Shown here: in pieces, positions 10,392 to 19,361 of the stretch | Position numbering within the stretch: the stretch's first letter is position 1 | How the letters are laid out: every line of letters starts with the position of its first letter | Assembly: GCA_963842085.1 (NCBI GenBank) | Contig: CAWJET010000002.1 | Span: forward strand, 992,001 to 1,056,000 | DNA length: 64,000 nucleotides | Direction: 5' to 3' | Source: an uncultured delta proteobacterium | GTDB lineage: Bacteria; Desulfobacterota; Binatia; Binatales; Binataceae | Position numbers and translations under genes: made by a program | Notes under the pieces: generated by a model | Seen by the model: the letters and a program-made list of their open reading frames with translations, nothing else | Told to the model about the DNA's origin: nothing | Database searches by the model: none

Positions 10392-12086
10392 GTGAAGAGG
10401 CACATGGCGCTGGGCGATTTCCTGGTCGCGTACCTGCGCAAGATTGGCGTGTCGCACGTCTTTGGCATCCCCGGCGACCTCGCGCTCAAGCTATTCTTCG
10501 CGCTGGGCCGCAAGCACGGAATGAAAATCATCACCCTGTCGCACGAGCCGGGGGTCGGCTTCGCGGCCGACGGTTACGCGCGCGCCACCGGCAAAATCGG
10601 CGTCATCTGCGTGACCTACGGCGCCGGCGGCCACAACATGGTCAATCCGGTCGCGGGCTCGTTCTCGGAGCGCGTGCCGATCCTGATTTTCTCCGGCGGT
10701 CCGGGTGAGGAGGAGCGCAAACTCGGCACCCTGATTCATCACCAGGCCCGCGAGATCGAATCGCAGCGCCGCATTTACAACGAAGTCACCTGCGCGTCCG
10801 CCGTGCTGACCGATCCGCGCACCGCCGCGCACGAATTGCACCGCGTCGTGCGCGCCATCTGGGCCGAGCAGCGGCCGGGCTACGTTGAGATTCATCGCGA
10901 CATGGTCGACCGGCAAATCGAAGTCCCCGACGAGCTGATCGAATGGGACGGGCGGCTGTATTTCCAGGAATCCGACACGCGCAAGGTCGAGGAGGCGGCG
11001 CACGAGACCGCCGCGATGTTCAACGAGAGCCGCAAGCCCGTGCTCATTGCCGGCATCGAGATTCACCGCTTCAAAGCGTCGCATGAGCTGGTGGAACTGG
11101 CCGAAAAAATGGGCGCGCCGGTGTTCACCACCGTGCTCGGCAAGGGCGCGTTCCCAATGGACCATCCGCTATACATGGGCGTGCACGTCGGCCCGATCAG
11201 CCCGCCATCGATCGTCGCGCGGATGGACGCGGCCGACTTCGTGCTCAATCTCGGATGCCTGAAAACCGACATGAACTTCGGCAACCGTCCGCCGCACGTG
11301 ATCCAGGGCCGAACGGTGTGGGCTGTCGATCGCCGGGTCGAGGTCAAGTATCACACCTACACCGACGCCGGCGTGCGCGATTTCGCGCGTGCTCTGCTGC
11401 ACGAGAAGCTGCGGCTTCATCATGAGAAGGTCCGCTACGCGGATAATCTTCGCGAGATTGCCGAGCGCGACGGCAAGCCGGTCAAGGTCAGCCAGATCCT
11501 GGCCGCGGTCAACGAATTCCTGGCCGACAAGCGCGAATACCTGGTGGTCGCGGAGTCGGGCGACATGCTGTTTGGCGGGCTCGACATCCGGGTGCCACAC
11601 AGCGGCGGCTACCTGGCACAGGGGTTTTACGCCTCGATGGGATTCGCGGTGCCGGCCTCGCTCGGCGCACAGATCGGCAGCGGTCTGCGCCCGCTGGTGC
11701 TATGCGGGGACGGCGGCTTTCAGATGACCGGTCCCGAAATTTCGCAGGCGCCGGCCAAGGGCGTCAATCCGATCGTGGTGGTGATCAACAACGGCGGATG
11801 GGGCATCTTCCGGCCGATCGCCGAGCGGCGCGACCTGCTCGACATTCCGCCCTGGCCGTATGCGAAGCTCGCGCGCGATTGGGGCGGCGCCGGATTCGAG
11901 GCGACCACGGTCGAGCAGTTGCGGGATGCGCTGCGCGCGGCGCACGACTGCAAATCGTTTGCGATAATCGACGTACGTGTCGAACGCGACGACCTTTCTC
12001 CCGTGACGGTGAAATATATCAAGGCGGCGGCCAAGCGCTCGCAAGCGCCTGCCGAGCACGCGACGCGCTGGAATTCGCGCCCATGA
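10392..12086 (+). CDS. ThDP-dependent 2-keto-acid decarboxylase (indolepyruvate/phenylpyruvate decarboxylase family)
   Basis: FGIPGD, HEPGVGFAADGYAR, GDGGFQMTG...NNGG ThDP motif. Confidence 0.9.
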   Translation: MKRHMALGDFLVAYLRKIGVSHVFGIPGDLALKLFFALGRKHGMKIITLSHEPGVGFAADGYARATGKIGVICVTYGAGGHNMVNPVAGSFSERVPILIFSGGPGEEERKLGTLIHHQAREIESQRRIYNEVTCASAVLTDPRTAAHELHRVVRAIWAEQRPGYVEIHRDMVDRQIEVPDELIEWDGRLYFQESDTRKVEEAAHETAAMFNESRKPVLIAGIEIHRFKASHELVELAEKMGAPVFTTVLGKGAFPMDHPLYMGVHVGPISPPSIVARMDAADFVLNLGCLKTDMNFGNRPPHVIQGRTVWAVDRRVEVKYHTYTDAGVRDFARALLHEKLRLHHEKVRYADNLREIAERDGKPVKVSQILAAVNEFLADKREYLVVAESGDMLFGGLDIRVPHSGGYLAQGFYASMGFAVPASLGAQIGSGLRPLVLCGDGGFQMTGPEISQAPAKGVNPIVVVINNGGWGIFRPIAERRDLLDIPPWPYAKLARDWGGAGFEATTVEQLRDALRAAHDCKSFAIIDVRVERDDLSPVTVKYIKAAAKRSQAPAEHATRWNSRP

Positions 12087-13741
12087 CCGATTCATTTAAG
12101 ACCAATGCGATCAGGTCCGATGCGCTCGAGCAGTATCGGCGTACGTGTCGGGACTTCAGGTGGGAGACGCCGGAGCATTTCAACTTCGCCGCGGTTATCG
12201 ACAAGTTCGCCGAAGATCCGCGCCGGGTTGCGATCCTTTGCGAGGACAGCGAGGGCAATCGCGCACGGCTGACGTTCGCGGACATCGCCCAGCAGTCGAA
12301 GCGGATCGCGAACGTTCTCGCCGGCCATGGAATCAGGCGCGGCGACGCGGTGCTGCTGGTGCTGCCGCGAATCACGCTCTGGCAGGCCGCCTACATCGGC
12401 GCGCTCAGGCTCGGCGCGATCGTCATCCCGTGCACCTCGATGCTGCGCGAGAAGGACTTGATCTATCGCGCGAATCATTCTGGCGCGCGCGCGATAATCG
12501 CCGGTTTCGAGCAAGCCGCGATGATCGCGGACCTGCGCAAGCAATGCCCCTCGCTCGAGCATTACCTGATCGCCGGCGCCGCCCGCACCGGCTGGGTCAG
12601 CCTGCAGGAATACATGGGTCACTCGTCGCCGGTGTTCAGAACCGCGAACACGAAATCGTCGGAGCCCGCGATTTGCTATTACACTTCCGGCACGACCAGG
12701 GAGCCGAAGGCCGTTCTGCATAGTCACTCCTATACCTACAGTCACCGCTTCACCGGGCTTAACTGGCTGAACGTGAGGCCGGGCGACATCCATTGGACTA
12801 CGTCGGACACCGGCTGGGCCAAGGCCGCGTACGGCGTGCTGTTCGGGCCGTGGATGAACGGGGTGACGACGTTCATGTACAAGGGCCGCTTCGACCCGGA
12901 AAAAGAACTCGGGTTGCTCGGCCGCTACAGAGTTACTACCTTCTGCGCGCCGCCGACTGAGTATCGAATACTAATCAAGGAGAATCTCGCCGATTACTCA
13001 TTCCCCAAGCTGAGACATTGCACTGGAGCGGGCGAGCCGCTGAATCCGGAAGTGATTGAGGTCTGGCGCGAGCGGCTGGGGCTGACGATTCACGACGGCT
13101 ACGGACAAACCGAAACGATCATCCTCGCCGCGAACATGCCCGCGATGCCCGTGAAGCCGGGCTCGATGGGGCTGCCGTTCCCCGGCCATGACGTTCGAGT
13201 GCTCAACGGCGAACTGGCCGAAACAAAGATCGATGAAGTCGGCGAGATCGCAGTGCGAGTGAGTCCCGAGCGCCCGCCGTCGCTGTTTCTGGAGTATTGG
13301 AAAAATGCGGAAGAGACCGCCGGAGTGTTTCGCGGCGACTGGTACCTGACCGGCGACCAGGCGACCCGCGACGCCGACGGCTACCTGTGGTTCGTCGGCC
13401 GCGCCGATGACGTTATCATTTCGGCGGGCTATCGAATCGGGCCGTTCGAAGTGGAGAGCGCCCTGCTCGAGCATCCCGCCGTAATGGAATCCGCAGTGGT
13501 CGCGTCGCCAGACGCTGATCGCGGCTCGATCGTCAAGGCGTTCGTGAAGCTGCGACCCGGCGCCGAGCCGGGCCAGCGGCTCATCACAGAACTGCAGGAG
13601 CACTGCAAGCGCGTGACGGCGCCCTACAAATATCCGCGCGAGATCGAGTTCATCGACGAGTTGCCCAAAACAGTCAGCGGAAAAATCCGCCGCGTCGAGT
13701 TGCGCCAACAAGAAGAATCCCGCAAGGGTAAATCTGTCTGA
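12083..13741 (+). CDS. Short/medium-chain acyl-CoA synthetase (ACSM-like)
   Basis: YTSGTTREPK, GYGQTE, GRADD, LPKTVSGKI; ATG at 12083 overlaps the upstream stop. Confidence 0.92.
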   Translation: MTDSFKTNAIRSDALEQYRRTCRDFRWETPEHFNFAAVIDKFAEDPRRVAILCEDSEGNRARLTFADIAQQSKRIANVLAGHGIRRGDAVLLVLPRITLWQAAYIGALRLGAIVIPCTSMLREKDLIYRANHSGARAIIAGFEQAAMIADLRKQCPSLEHYLIAGAARTGWVSLQEYMGHSSPVFRTANTKSSEPAICYYTSGTTREPKAVLHSHSYTYSHRFTGLNWLNVRPGDIHWTTSDTGWAKAAYGVLFGPWMNGVTTFMYKGRFDPEKELGLLGRYRVTTFCAPPTEYRILIKENLADYSFPKLRHCTGAGEPLNPEVIEVWRERLGLTIHDGYGQTETIILAANMPAMPVKPGSMGLPFPGHDVRVLNGELAETKIDEVGEIAVRVSPERPPSLFLEYWKNAEETAGVFRGDWYLTGDQATRDADGYLWFVGRADDVIISAGYRIGPFEVESALLEHPAVMESAVVASPDADRGSIVKAFVKLRPGAEPGQRLITELQEHCKRVTAPYKYPREIEFIDELPKTVSGKIRRVELRQQEESRKGKSV

Positions 13742-13786
13742 TCTCGAAGAGACGTCTTAAACTTCAGAAAAATTGGGAGAAACACA

Positions 13787-14740
13787 ATGGCGCAGGTCTT
13801 CGGAGCGGAATCCACGGCCGATGAGGTCCTCAAGGGTATCGACCTTTCGGGCAAGCGGGTACTCGTGACTGGCGTGTCGGCCGGCTTGGGTGTCGAGACC
13901 GCCCGCTCACTCGTCGCGCACGGCGCCACCGTCGTCGGCACGGCGCGCGATCTGGCCAAAGCGCGTCGAGCTCTCGCCGAAGCGGGCAACCCCGCTGTCG
14001 AACTTGTCGAAATGGACCTCGCGTCCCTTGCCAGTGTGCGCAAAGCCGCCGCAGAGCTGCTGGCGCGCGGCAAATCCTTCGATGTGATCATCGCGAATGC
14101 CGGCGTGATGGCGTGTCCGCAGGGCAAGACGCAGGACGGCTTCGAAACGCAATTCGGAACCAATCACCTGGGGCATTTCGTGTTCGTCAATCGGCTCGTG
14201 CCGCTGCTGAAGCCGGGCGCTCGAATCGTCACGCTCTCTTCGGCGGGTCATCAGATAAGCGATGTAGACATTGAAGACCCGAATTTCGAGCGGACTCCTT
14301 ATCAGGCGTTTACCGCGTACGGCCGCTCGAAGACGGCAAATATACTGTACGCCGTGGCGCTCGACAGCCGCCTCAAGGGACGCGGCATCCGCGCAACCGC
14401 GGTCCATCCGGGAGGAATCCAGACCGAGCTCGGGCGCCATATGACGCCGGAACTCATCGAGCAGATGATGGCGCGAATAAATCGTGGTGCAAAACCCGGT
14501 CAGGCGCCGACGTTCCGGTTCAAGAGTGTCCCGCAAGGCTCGGCGACTTCCGTTTGGGCCGGGTTTGTCGGGCCAGCCCACGCAGTTGGCGGACACTATT
14601 GCGAAGACTGTCACGTATGCGCGGTGAATGACGACGCGGCCTCGCGCGTCGGCGTGCGTTCCTATGCTCTCAACCTTGCCCATGCGAACGACCTGTGGCG
14701 AAAGAGCGAGGAGATGGTCGGCGAGCGCTTCCCGTTGTAG
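13787..14740 (+). CDS. SDR oxidoreductase (retinol dehydrogenase-like)
   Basis: TGVSAGLG, NAG, FGTNHLGHF, YGRSK. Confidence 0.92.
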   Translation: MAQVFGAESTADEVLKGIDLSGKRVLVTGVSAGLGVETARSLVAHGATVVGTARDLAKARRALAEAGNPAVELVEMDLASLASVRKAAAELLARGKSFDVIIANAGVMACPQGKTQDGFETQFGTNHLGHFVFVNRLVPLLKPGARIVTLSSAGHQISDVDIEDPNFERTPYQAFTAYGRSKTANILYAVALDSRLKGRGIRATAVHPGGIQTELGRHMTPELIEQMMARINRGAKPGQAPTFRFKSVPQGSATSVWAGFVGPAHAVGGHYCEDCHVCAVNDDAASRVGVRSYALNLAHANDLWRKSEEMVGERFPL

Positions 14741-14765
14741 CGCTCGATCGCTTCGCCCCGCTTTC

Positions 14766-15746
14766 TTAACGTTGGGTGCAGGGGTCAGCCCCTGCCCGCG
14801 GAAATAGCGCGAGCGCGTTGCCCCGCCCGATCGCGCGGAAGTCGTCCGGAGACAACAACTTACTGCTCAACAATTCCACGAGATGCGCCGACACCACCGC
14901 TTCCGGCGTGTGTACGTAGTCGCTGCCGTATAGGATGTGCGAGCGTTCGGTCATCTCGAGTAGCGGAGTGAGCGCATTCGAGCCGGGCGAGCCCGCAAGA
15001 TCATAATAGAGCCGGCGCAGATGCTCTTCCGTGCTGATCGGAGTACTCGCGCTGCCGCCGGCGAGACCGCGGCCGAACATGCCGATTCGCCGCGCCAGGA
15101 ACGGCAGAGTGCCACCCGCGTGCGGCACGATGATACGCAGTTTCGGACAACGCGCCGTCGTCCCACTGAATATCAGGTTGACGACCGCCCGCGTGCTGTC
15201 GAAGGTGAACTCGATCATGGGGCGCGGATATCCGAGCGCACTCTGCTGCCAGCATATCGGCGATGTGGGATGAATGAAGACTATTGCGCCCCGGCGGTTG
15301 AGCTCATCGAAGACCGGGTCCAGCCGCTTGTCGCCGAGGTACACGCCGTTGAAGTTGGTCAGCACGACTACCCCGTCAAGCTTGAGCATATCCAGGGCAT
15401 AAGCGATCTCTTCCAGCGCACCGTCAACGTCCGGAAGCGGCAGGCTGGCAAAGCCGCCAAAACGCCCGCGATGGTCGCTGATGGTGCGCGCAGCAAACTC
15501 GTTGACGGATCGGGCCAGCAAACGAGCCTTCGCATCGTTGCCGAAATGCACCCCGGGAGAAGATACGGATAACATCCCGGTCGCGATCCCCATTCGGTCC
15601 ATCATCGCAAGCGCAGCCTCCGCGCTCCATTGCGGCGCAGCAAACCCGTCCGGCGAACCGCCGACGGCGTCGATCATTTTCTCGCGATATTCCGGGCTCA
15701 GATAGTGGAAATGGACGTCGATGCGGTCCGTGAACGGGTCTGTCAT
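14766..15746 (-). CDS. Amidohydrolase_2 family protein (aromatic-acid decarboxylase-like)
   Basis: DVHFH, FIHP, PHAGGTLP, YGSDY. Confidence 0.9.
   Translation of the reverse strand: MTDPFTDRIDVHFHYLSPEYREKMIDAVGGSPDGFAAPQWSAEAALAMMDRMGIATGMLSVSSPGVHFGNDAKARLLARSVNEFAARTISDHRGRFGGFASLPLPDVDGALEEIAYALDMLKLDGVVVLTNFNGVYLGDKRLDPVFDELNRRGAIVFIHPTSPICWQQSALGYPRPMIEFTFDSTRAVVNLIFSGTTARCPKLRIIVPHAGGTLPFLARRIGMFGRGLAGGSASTPISTEEHLRRLYYDLAGSPGSNALTPLLEMTERSHILYGSDYVHTPEAVVSAHLVELLSSKLLSPDDFRAIGRGNALALFPRAGADPCTQR
14774..14797 (+). repeat. Palindromic REP-like repeat family A, copy 1
   Basis: GGGTGCAGGGGTCAGCCCCTGCCC; overlaps the last codons of the amidohydrolase gene. Confidence 0.8.
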
Positions 15747-15810
15747 CGGCAGTAGCCTCCAATTCCCTGATTAGTCGGTCTCGACTCGAATCGCCACCTT
15801 ACTTAACACC

Positions 15811-15880
15811 GGGTGCAGGGGTCACCCCTGCCCAGGGAAGCGTGAAACTCAGGAAGGGTTTCACATTCAATAGAGTGAGT
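15811..15880 (+). repeat. Family A repeat, long two-hairpin form (copy 2)
   Basis: GGGTGCAGGGGTCACCCCTGCC followed by GTGAAAC-N9-GTTTCAC; homologous to 33808-33878. Confidence 0.85.
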
Positions 15881-15881
15881 T

Positions 15882-16532
15882 TCAATTCTTCGCCGCGGCT
15901 TTCACCTCCGTCCTCTGATATCGTGGGCGCAGGACTTCCATGACGTGTGCCGGCGCGCGTCCCGCATTTCCGTCGAACGGCGGCTGCGGATCGTATTCGA
16001 TTCCCACCTGGATCGCATGCGCAATCGTGTCGCCCGCGACGCGGCGGACGAGATGCAGCGCCATGTCGATGCCGGCGGAAACTCCAGCCGCGGTGATGAT
16101 CTTGCCGTCCTCGACGATGCGCTCGTTGCGCGGCTCGGCGCCGAACTCGCGCAGCATCTGCAGCCGCGCCCAATGCGTGGTCGCAGGCTTTCCCTGGAGC
16201 AGACCGGCGGCGCCGAGCACCAGCGCTCCCGTGCATACCGACGTTGTCCATTTCGTAGTCGCATCGATTTTGCGCACCCATTCAAGCATGTGCAGCTTCT
16301 GGCGAACCTGCTGCTCGCCGCGCCCGCCCGGCACCACCAGGATGTCGGCGCTGGTGACATCGTCGATTGAATAGTCGGCAACTATGCCGAGCGATTTCGG
16401 ATCGGCGCGTTTGATGCCGGCGGTCTCGCCGACGAACATCACCTCGGCGCCCGGGATTCGACACAGCACCTCGAACGGTCCTATCGCATCGAGTGTGGTC
16501 AAATCGTCGAAAATCAGGAAGGCAATTCGCAT
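15882..16532 (-). CDS. DJ-1/PfpI family protein (isonitrile hydratase-like)
   Basis: LDAIGP, SVCTG, TAAGVSAGID, EYDPQPPF. Confidence 0.92.
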   Translation of the reverse strand: MRIAFLIFDDLTTLDAIGPFEVLCRIPGAEVMFVGETAGIKRADPKSLGIVADYSIDDVTSADILVVPGGRGEQQVRQKLHMLEWVRKIDATTKWTTSVCTGALVLGAAGLLQGKPATTHWARLQMLREFGAEPRNERIVEDGKIITAAGVSAGIDMALHLVRRVAGDTIAHAIQVGIEYDPQPPFDGNAGRAPAHVMEVLRPRYQRTEVKAAAKN

Positions 16533-16550
16533 GGCGTTCTCCTTTGACTG

Positions 16551-17594
16551 TCAGGCGCTCAGTTTCTGATGAAAGCGGCTGCGATACGCGCTGGGCGGCA
16601 CGTGCAGCATGCGGATAAACGCGCGGCGCATCGATTCGCGCGTGCCGAAGCCGCACGCGGACGCGATCGAATCGACGCCTTCGCCCGATTCTTCCAGGCG
16701 GCGGCGCGCCGCTTCGACGCGCGAGCGCTCGACGAATTGTCCCGGCGTCACTCCGACCTCGCGCGTAAATACGCGGGCAAAATTCCGCGGGCTCATCGCG
16801 GCGCGCCGCGCGAGCGCTTCAACCGAAAGGTCCTCGCCAAGATGATCCGCAATCCATCGCTGCAACTCGCGGATCGGCTCGCGATCCGCAACCTGCGCGC
16901 TGAGTTGTACGGAAAACTGTGACTGCCCGCCGGGGCGGCGCAGGAACATGACCAACTCGCGCGCCACGGCGAGCGCCACGTCGCGGCCGTGGTCTTCCTC
17001 CAGGAGCGCCAGCGCCAAATCGATTCCTGCGGTCACGCCGGCTGAGGTGAATATTTTGCCGGCGCGCACGAAAATCGGATCCGTCTCGACCGTGACCGCC
17101 GGATATTGAGCCGCGAGCCGCTCGCATTGCCGCCAATGAGTGGTCGCCGACAGCCCGTCCAGGAGACCTGCCTCCGCAAGCAAAAATGCTCCCGTGCATA
17201 CCGAGCACAGACGGCGCGTGCGATCGATACTGCCGCGGAGCCACTCGATCAGCGCGCGGTCGCGCAGCGCCGCCGCAGTTCCGCGGCCGCCCGCCACCAG
17301 AATCGTGTCGATATGCCCGCGCACCTGCGCGATCGAGCGGTCTGCGATCAGCCGGATGCCCGATGAAGTCGTGAACGGGCCGGCTTTGGTCCCTACGATC
17401 TCGACGGTGTAAGCAAGAGCGCGCCTGCCGCGCTCTTCGCTCAGCAATCGCGCGGCGCGTCCGAACACTTCGAGCGGGCCGGTGATGTCGATGATCTGTG
17501 CGTCGGGAAAAGCGAGCATGACGATTCGGCGCGTGCGCGGACTCGGCGATGTGCGCGCGGGTCCAGGACGCCATTTGCTCCGTTTCGCCTTCAT
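16551..17594 (-). CDS. GlxA-family AraC transcriptional regulator
   Basis: DJ-1-like domain (SVCTGAF, TSAGVTAGID), RRPGGQSQFS, AraC HTH. Confidence 0.93.
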   Translation of the reverse strand: MKAKRSKWRPGPARTSPSPRTRRIVMLAFPDAQIIDITGPLEVFGRAARLLSEERGRRALAYTVEIVGTKAGPFTTSSGIRLIADRSIAQVRGHIDTILVAGGRGTAAALRDRALIEWLRGSIDRTRRLCSVCTGAFLLAEAGLLDGLSATTHWRQCERLAAQYPAVTVETDPIFVRAGKIFTSAGVTAGIDLALALLEEDHGRDVALAVARELVMFLRRPGGQSQFSVQLSAQVADREPIRELQRWIADHLGEDLSVEALARRAAMSPRNFARVFTREVGVTPGQFVERSRVEAARRRLEESGEGVDSIASACGFGTRESMRRAFIRMLHVPPSAYRSRFHQKLSA

Positions 17595-17680
17595 GGAACG
17601 GGATTATCCAGCGCGCCGATGGTGGCAGCAATAGATTAGCTGCCACACTTACTGCCAATCGCGGCTACGCGCCGGACATT

Positions 17681-18373
17681 TCAATGATGCGAAGGTTGCG
17701 GCGTCGGCGGCGTTGAAGAGGAGGTCGCCTCCGCCGCTCGTACAGGCAGCGCGTCGCGAAATCCCGGCTGGATAATCAGCAAGCCGATTGCGCGCGAGAG
17801 TGCAACTGACAAGGACTCGGCGGGCTCCGTCTCGAGCGGCAGAAAGACCTCCGCGCCGACGGGATTTGGCGGTTCATTTTCGATCCCGCTGACCTCGCCT
17901 GAGTAAAGCACGGCGCCGTCGCGATTCTTGAGCTCGAACTTAGCGCGCACCACCGCTCTCATCGTGAAGTACTGGCCGTGTATGGTCCAATTCGCTCCGA
18001 ACCGCTTGTTCACTTCGAGCTGCTCGAGCCTGGAGCCAAGGATGAAGTCCGCGCCTTCGGGCGGCTTGCCGTCGTCCGGACTCGAGTCGAGCGCGACCGG
18101 CACCAGCCCGGCGTCGGCCAGTCCCCTGAGCAACGCGGCGTTGAAGGCATCAGCCGCATCGGCGACCGCCAGCGGGGTCTGGACGGTGCCGTCGGCGGCG
18201 TAGATCGCGCCGACCTCGGAATCACCGGCGCCAAAATCTCTGGTCGTGGGAGGCACCGCGATTTTGGCGGGCCGAAATACGTTTTGCGAGCCGGGCACGA
18301 AGCCCGGAAGATAGTGAAGATCGATACGCGTGCGCGGCTTGCATCCGGACATCGCCAGCGCGAGTGCCACCAC
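17681..18373 (-). CDS. Putative lipoprotein
   Basis: Lipobox-like LAMSGC followed by an alpha/beta domain. Confidence 0.55.
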   Translation of the reverse strand: MVALALAMSGCKPRTRIDLHYLPGFVPGSQNVFRPAKIAVPPTTRDFGAGDSEVGAIYAADGTVQTPLAVADAADAFNAALLRGLADAGLVPVALDSSPDDGKPPEGADFILGSRLEQLEVNKRFGANWTIHGQYFTMRAVVRAKFELKNRDGAVLYSGEVSGIENEPPNPVGAEVFLPLETEPAESLSVALSRAIGLLIIQPGFRDALPVRAAEATSSSTPPTPQPSHH

Positions 18374-18395
18374 CGCGACGCAGTCGCGAATCCTG

Positions 18396-19079
18396 CTACG
18401 ATTGAGGCCGCGACACCGCAGGATGCCGGTCCCTCCACCAAAAGAAGAAGAACGCCAGCGCTACCACGAACGCGCCCAGCCCAATCCATCGCGACGCCTG
18501 ATCCGCCATCATCATTACGCGGTACACCTCGTCGCCAACCAGGTAGCCGATCGTAACGATCAGCGAGCACCATACGATCGCGCCGAGCACGTTCCATCCC
18601 AGGAACTGGAAGAACGGCATCCCGCACGCACCCGCCATCGGCCCCGCCATAAAGCGCGCGCCCGTGATAAATCGCGCCATGAACACCGCCTTGCTGCCGT
18701 GAGTCTGAAAGAACACCTGCAGGCGGTCGTAACGCGTGCGCATGAAGGGAAACGCCGTCGCGAGCCGCACCAGTACTCGCTGTCCGCCGGTGCGGCCGAT
18801 GACGTAGCCGCAACAGTCGCCGGTGACCGCGCTCACGATTACGGCGACATAGACGATTCGCAGATCGAGCAGTGCGCGGCCGGCCAGAAATCCGGCCGCC
18901 AGCATCACGGTTTCCTCAGGCACCGGCACGCCGAGGTTGCCGACGAACACGGCGACGAAGATGCCGAGGTAGCCCCACGTCGCGAGCATCTCCGCGACAT
19001 GCGCGGGGTCGGTTATCCCATGCATTGAGAATCCATCGGTCGCGAATTCGGCGCCACTCCCCACCCCCGTCCGAGCCAT
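18396..19079 (-). CDS. DedA family membrane protein
   Basis: GVPVPEE, GD..GY.IGR, ARFITGAR motifs. Confidence 0.92.
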   Translation of the reverse strand: MARTGVGSGAEFATDGFSMHGITDPAHVAEMLATWGYLGIFVAVFVGNLGVPVPEETVMLAAGFLAGRALLDLRIVYVAVIVSAVTGDCCGYVIGRTGGQRVLVRLATAFPFMRTRYDRLQVFFQTHGSKAVFMARFITGARFMAGPMAGACGMPFFQFLGWNVLGAIVWCSLIVTIGYLVGDEVYRVMMMADQASRWIGLGAFVVALAFFFFWWRDRHPAVSRPQS

Positions 19080-19361
19080 CTCCAGCTTGCCGGATCGAGT
19101 CTGCCAGCGTAAGAGGCTGTTGGCTAGTCAGGTGCTAAAATGACGCGTCGAAAGCAATATCGTGCTTTGGCGCCGTCATAGGAAAATTGTCCAGCCGATC
19201 GTCGCGAGCGTCACGAGCGCGCCGAGCAAAGCACCGTAGTCTCGATATGCGATCGTGACACGCTGCTTCCCCGGCGGCACGCGCACTCCGATGAGTCCAT
19301 TTTCGTTGACGACAGCGCCTGTTCCGGCAACAACCCCAAGCTCGCCAAACTCGAACGCTGA

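Noticed and set aside
11702-12082. N-terminal extension of the acyl-CoA synthetase ORF
   Set aside because: Out-of-frame overlap with the decarboxylase gene; the ATGA-coupled start at 12083 is more plausible
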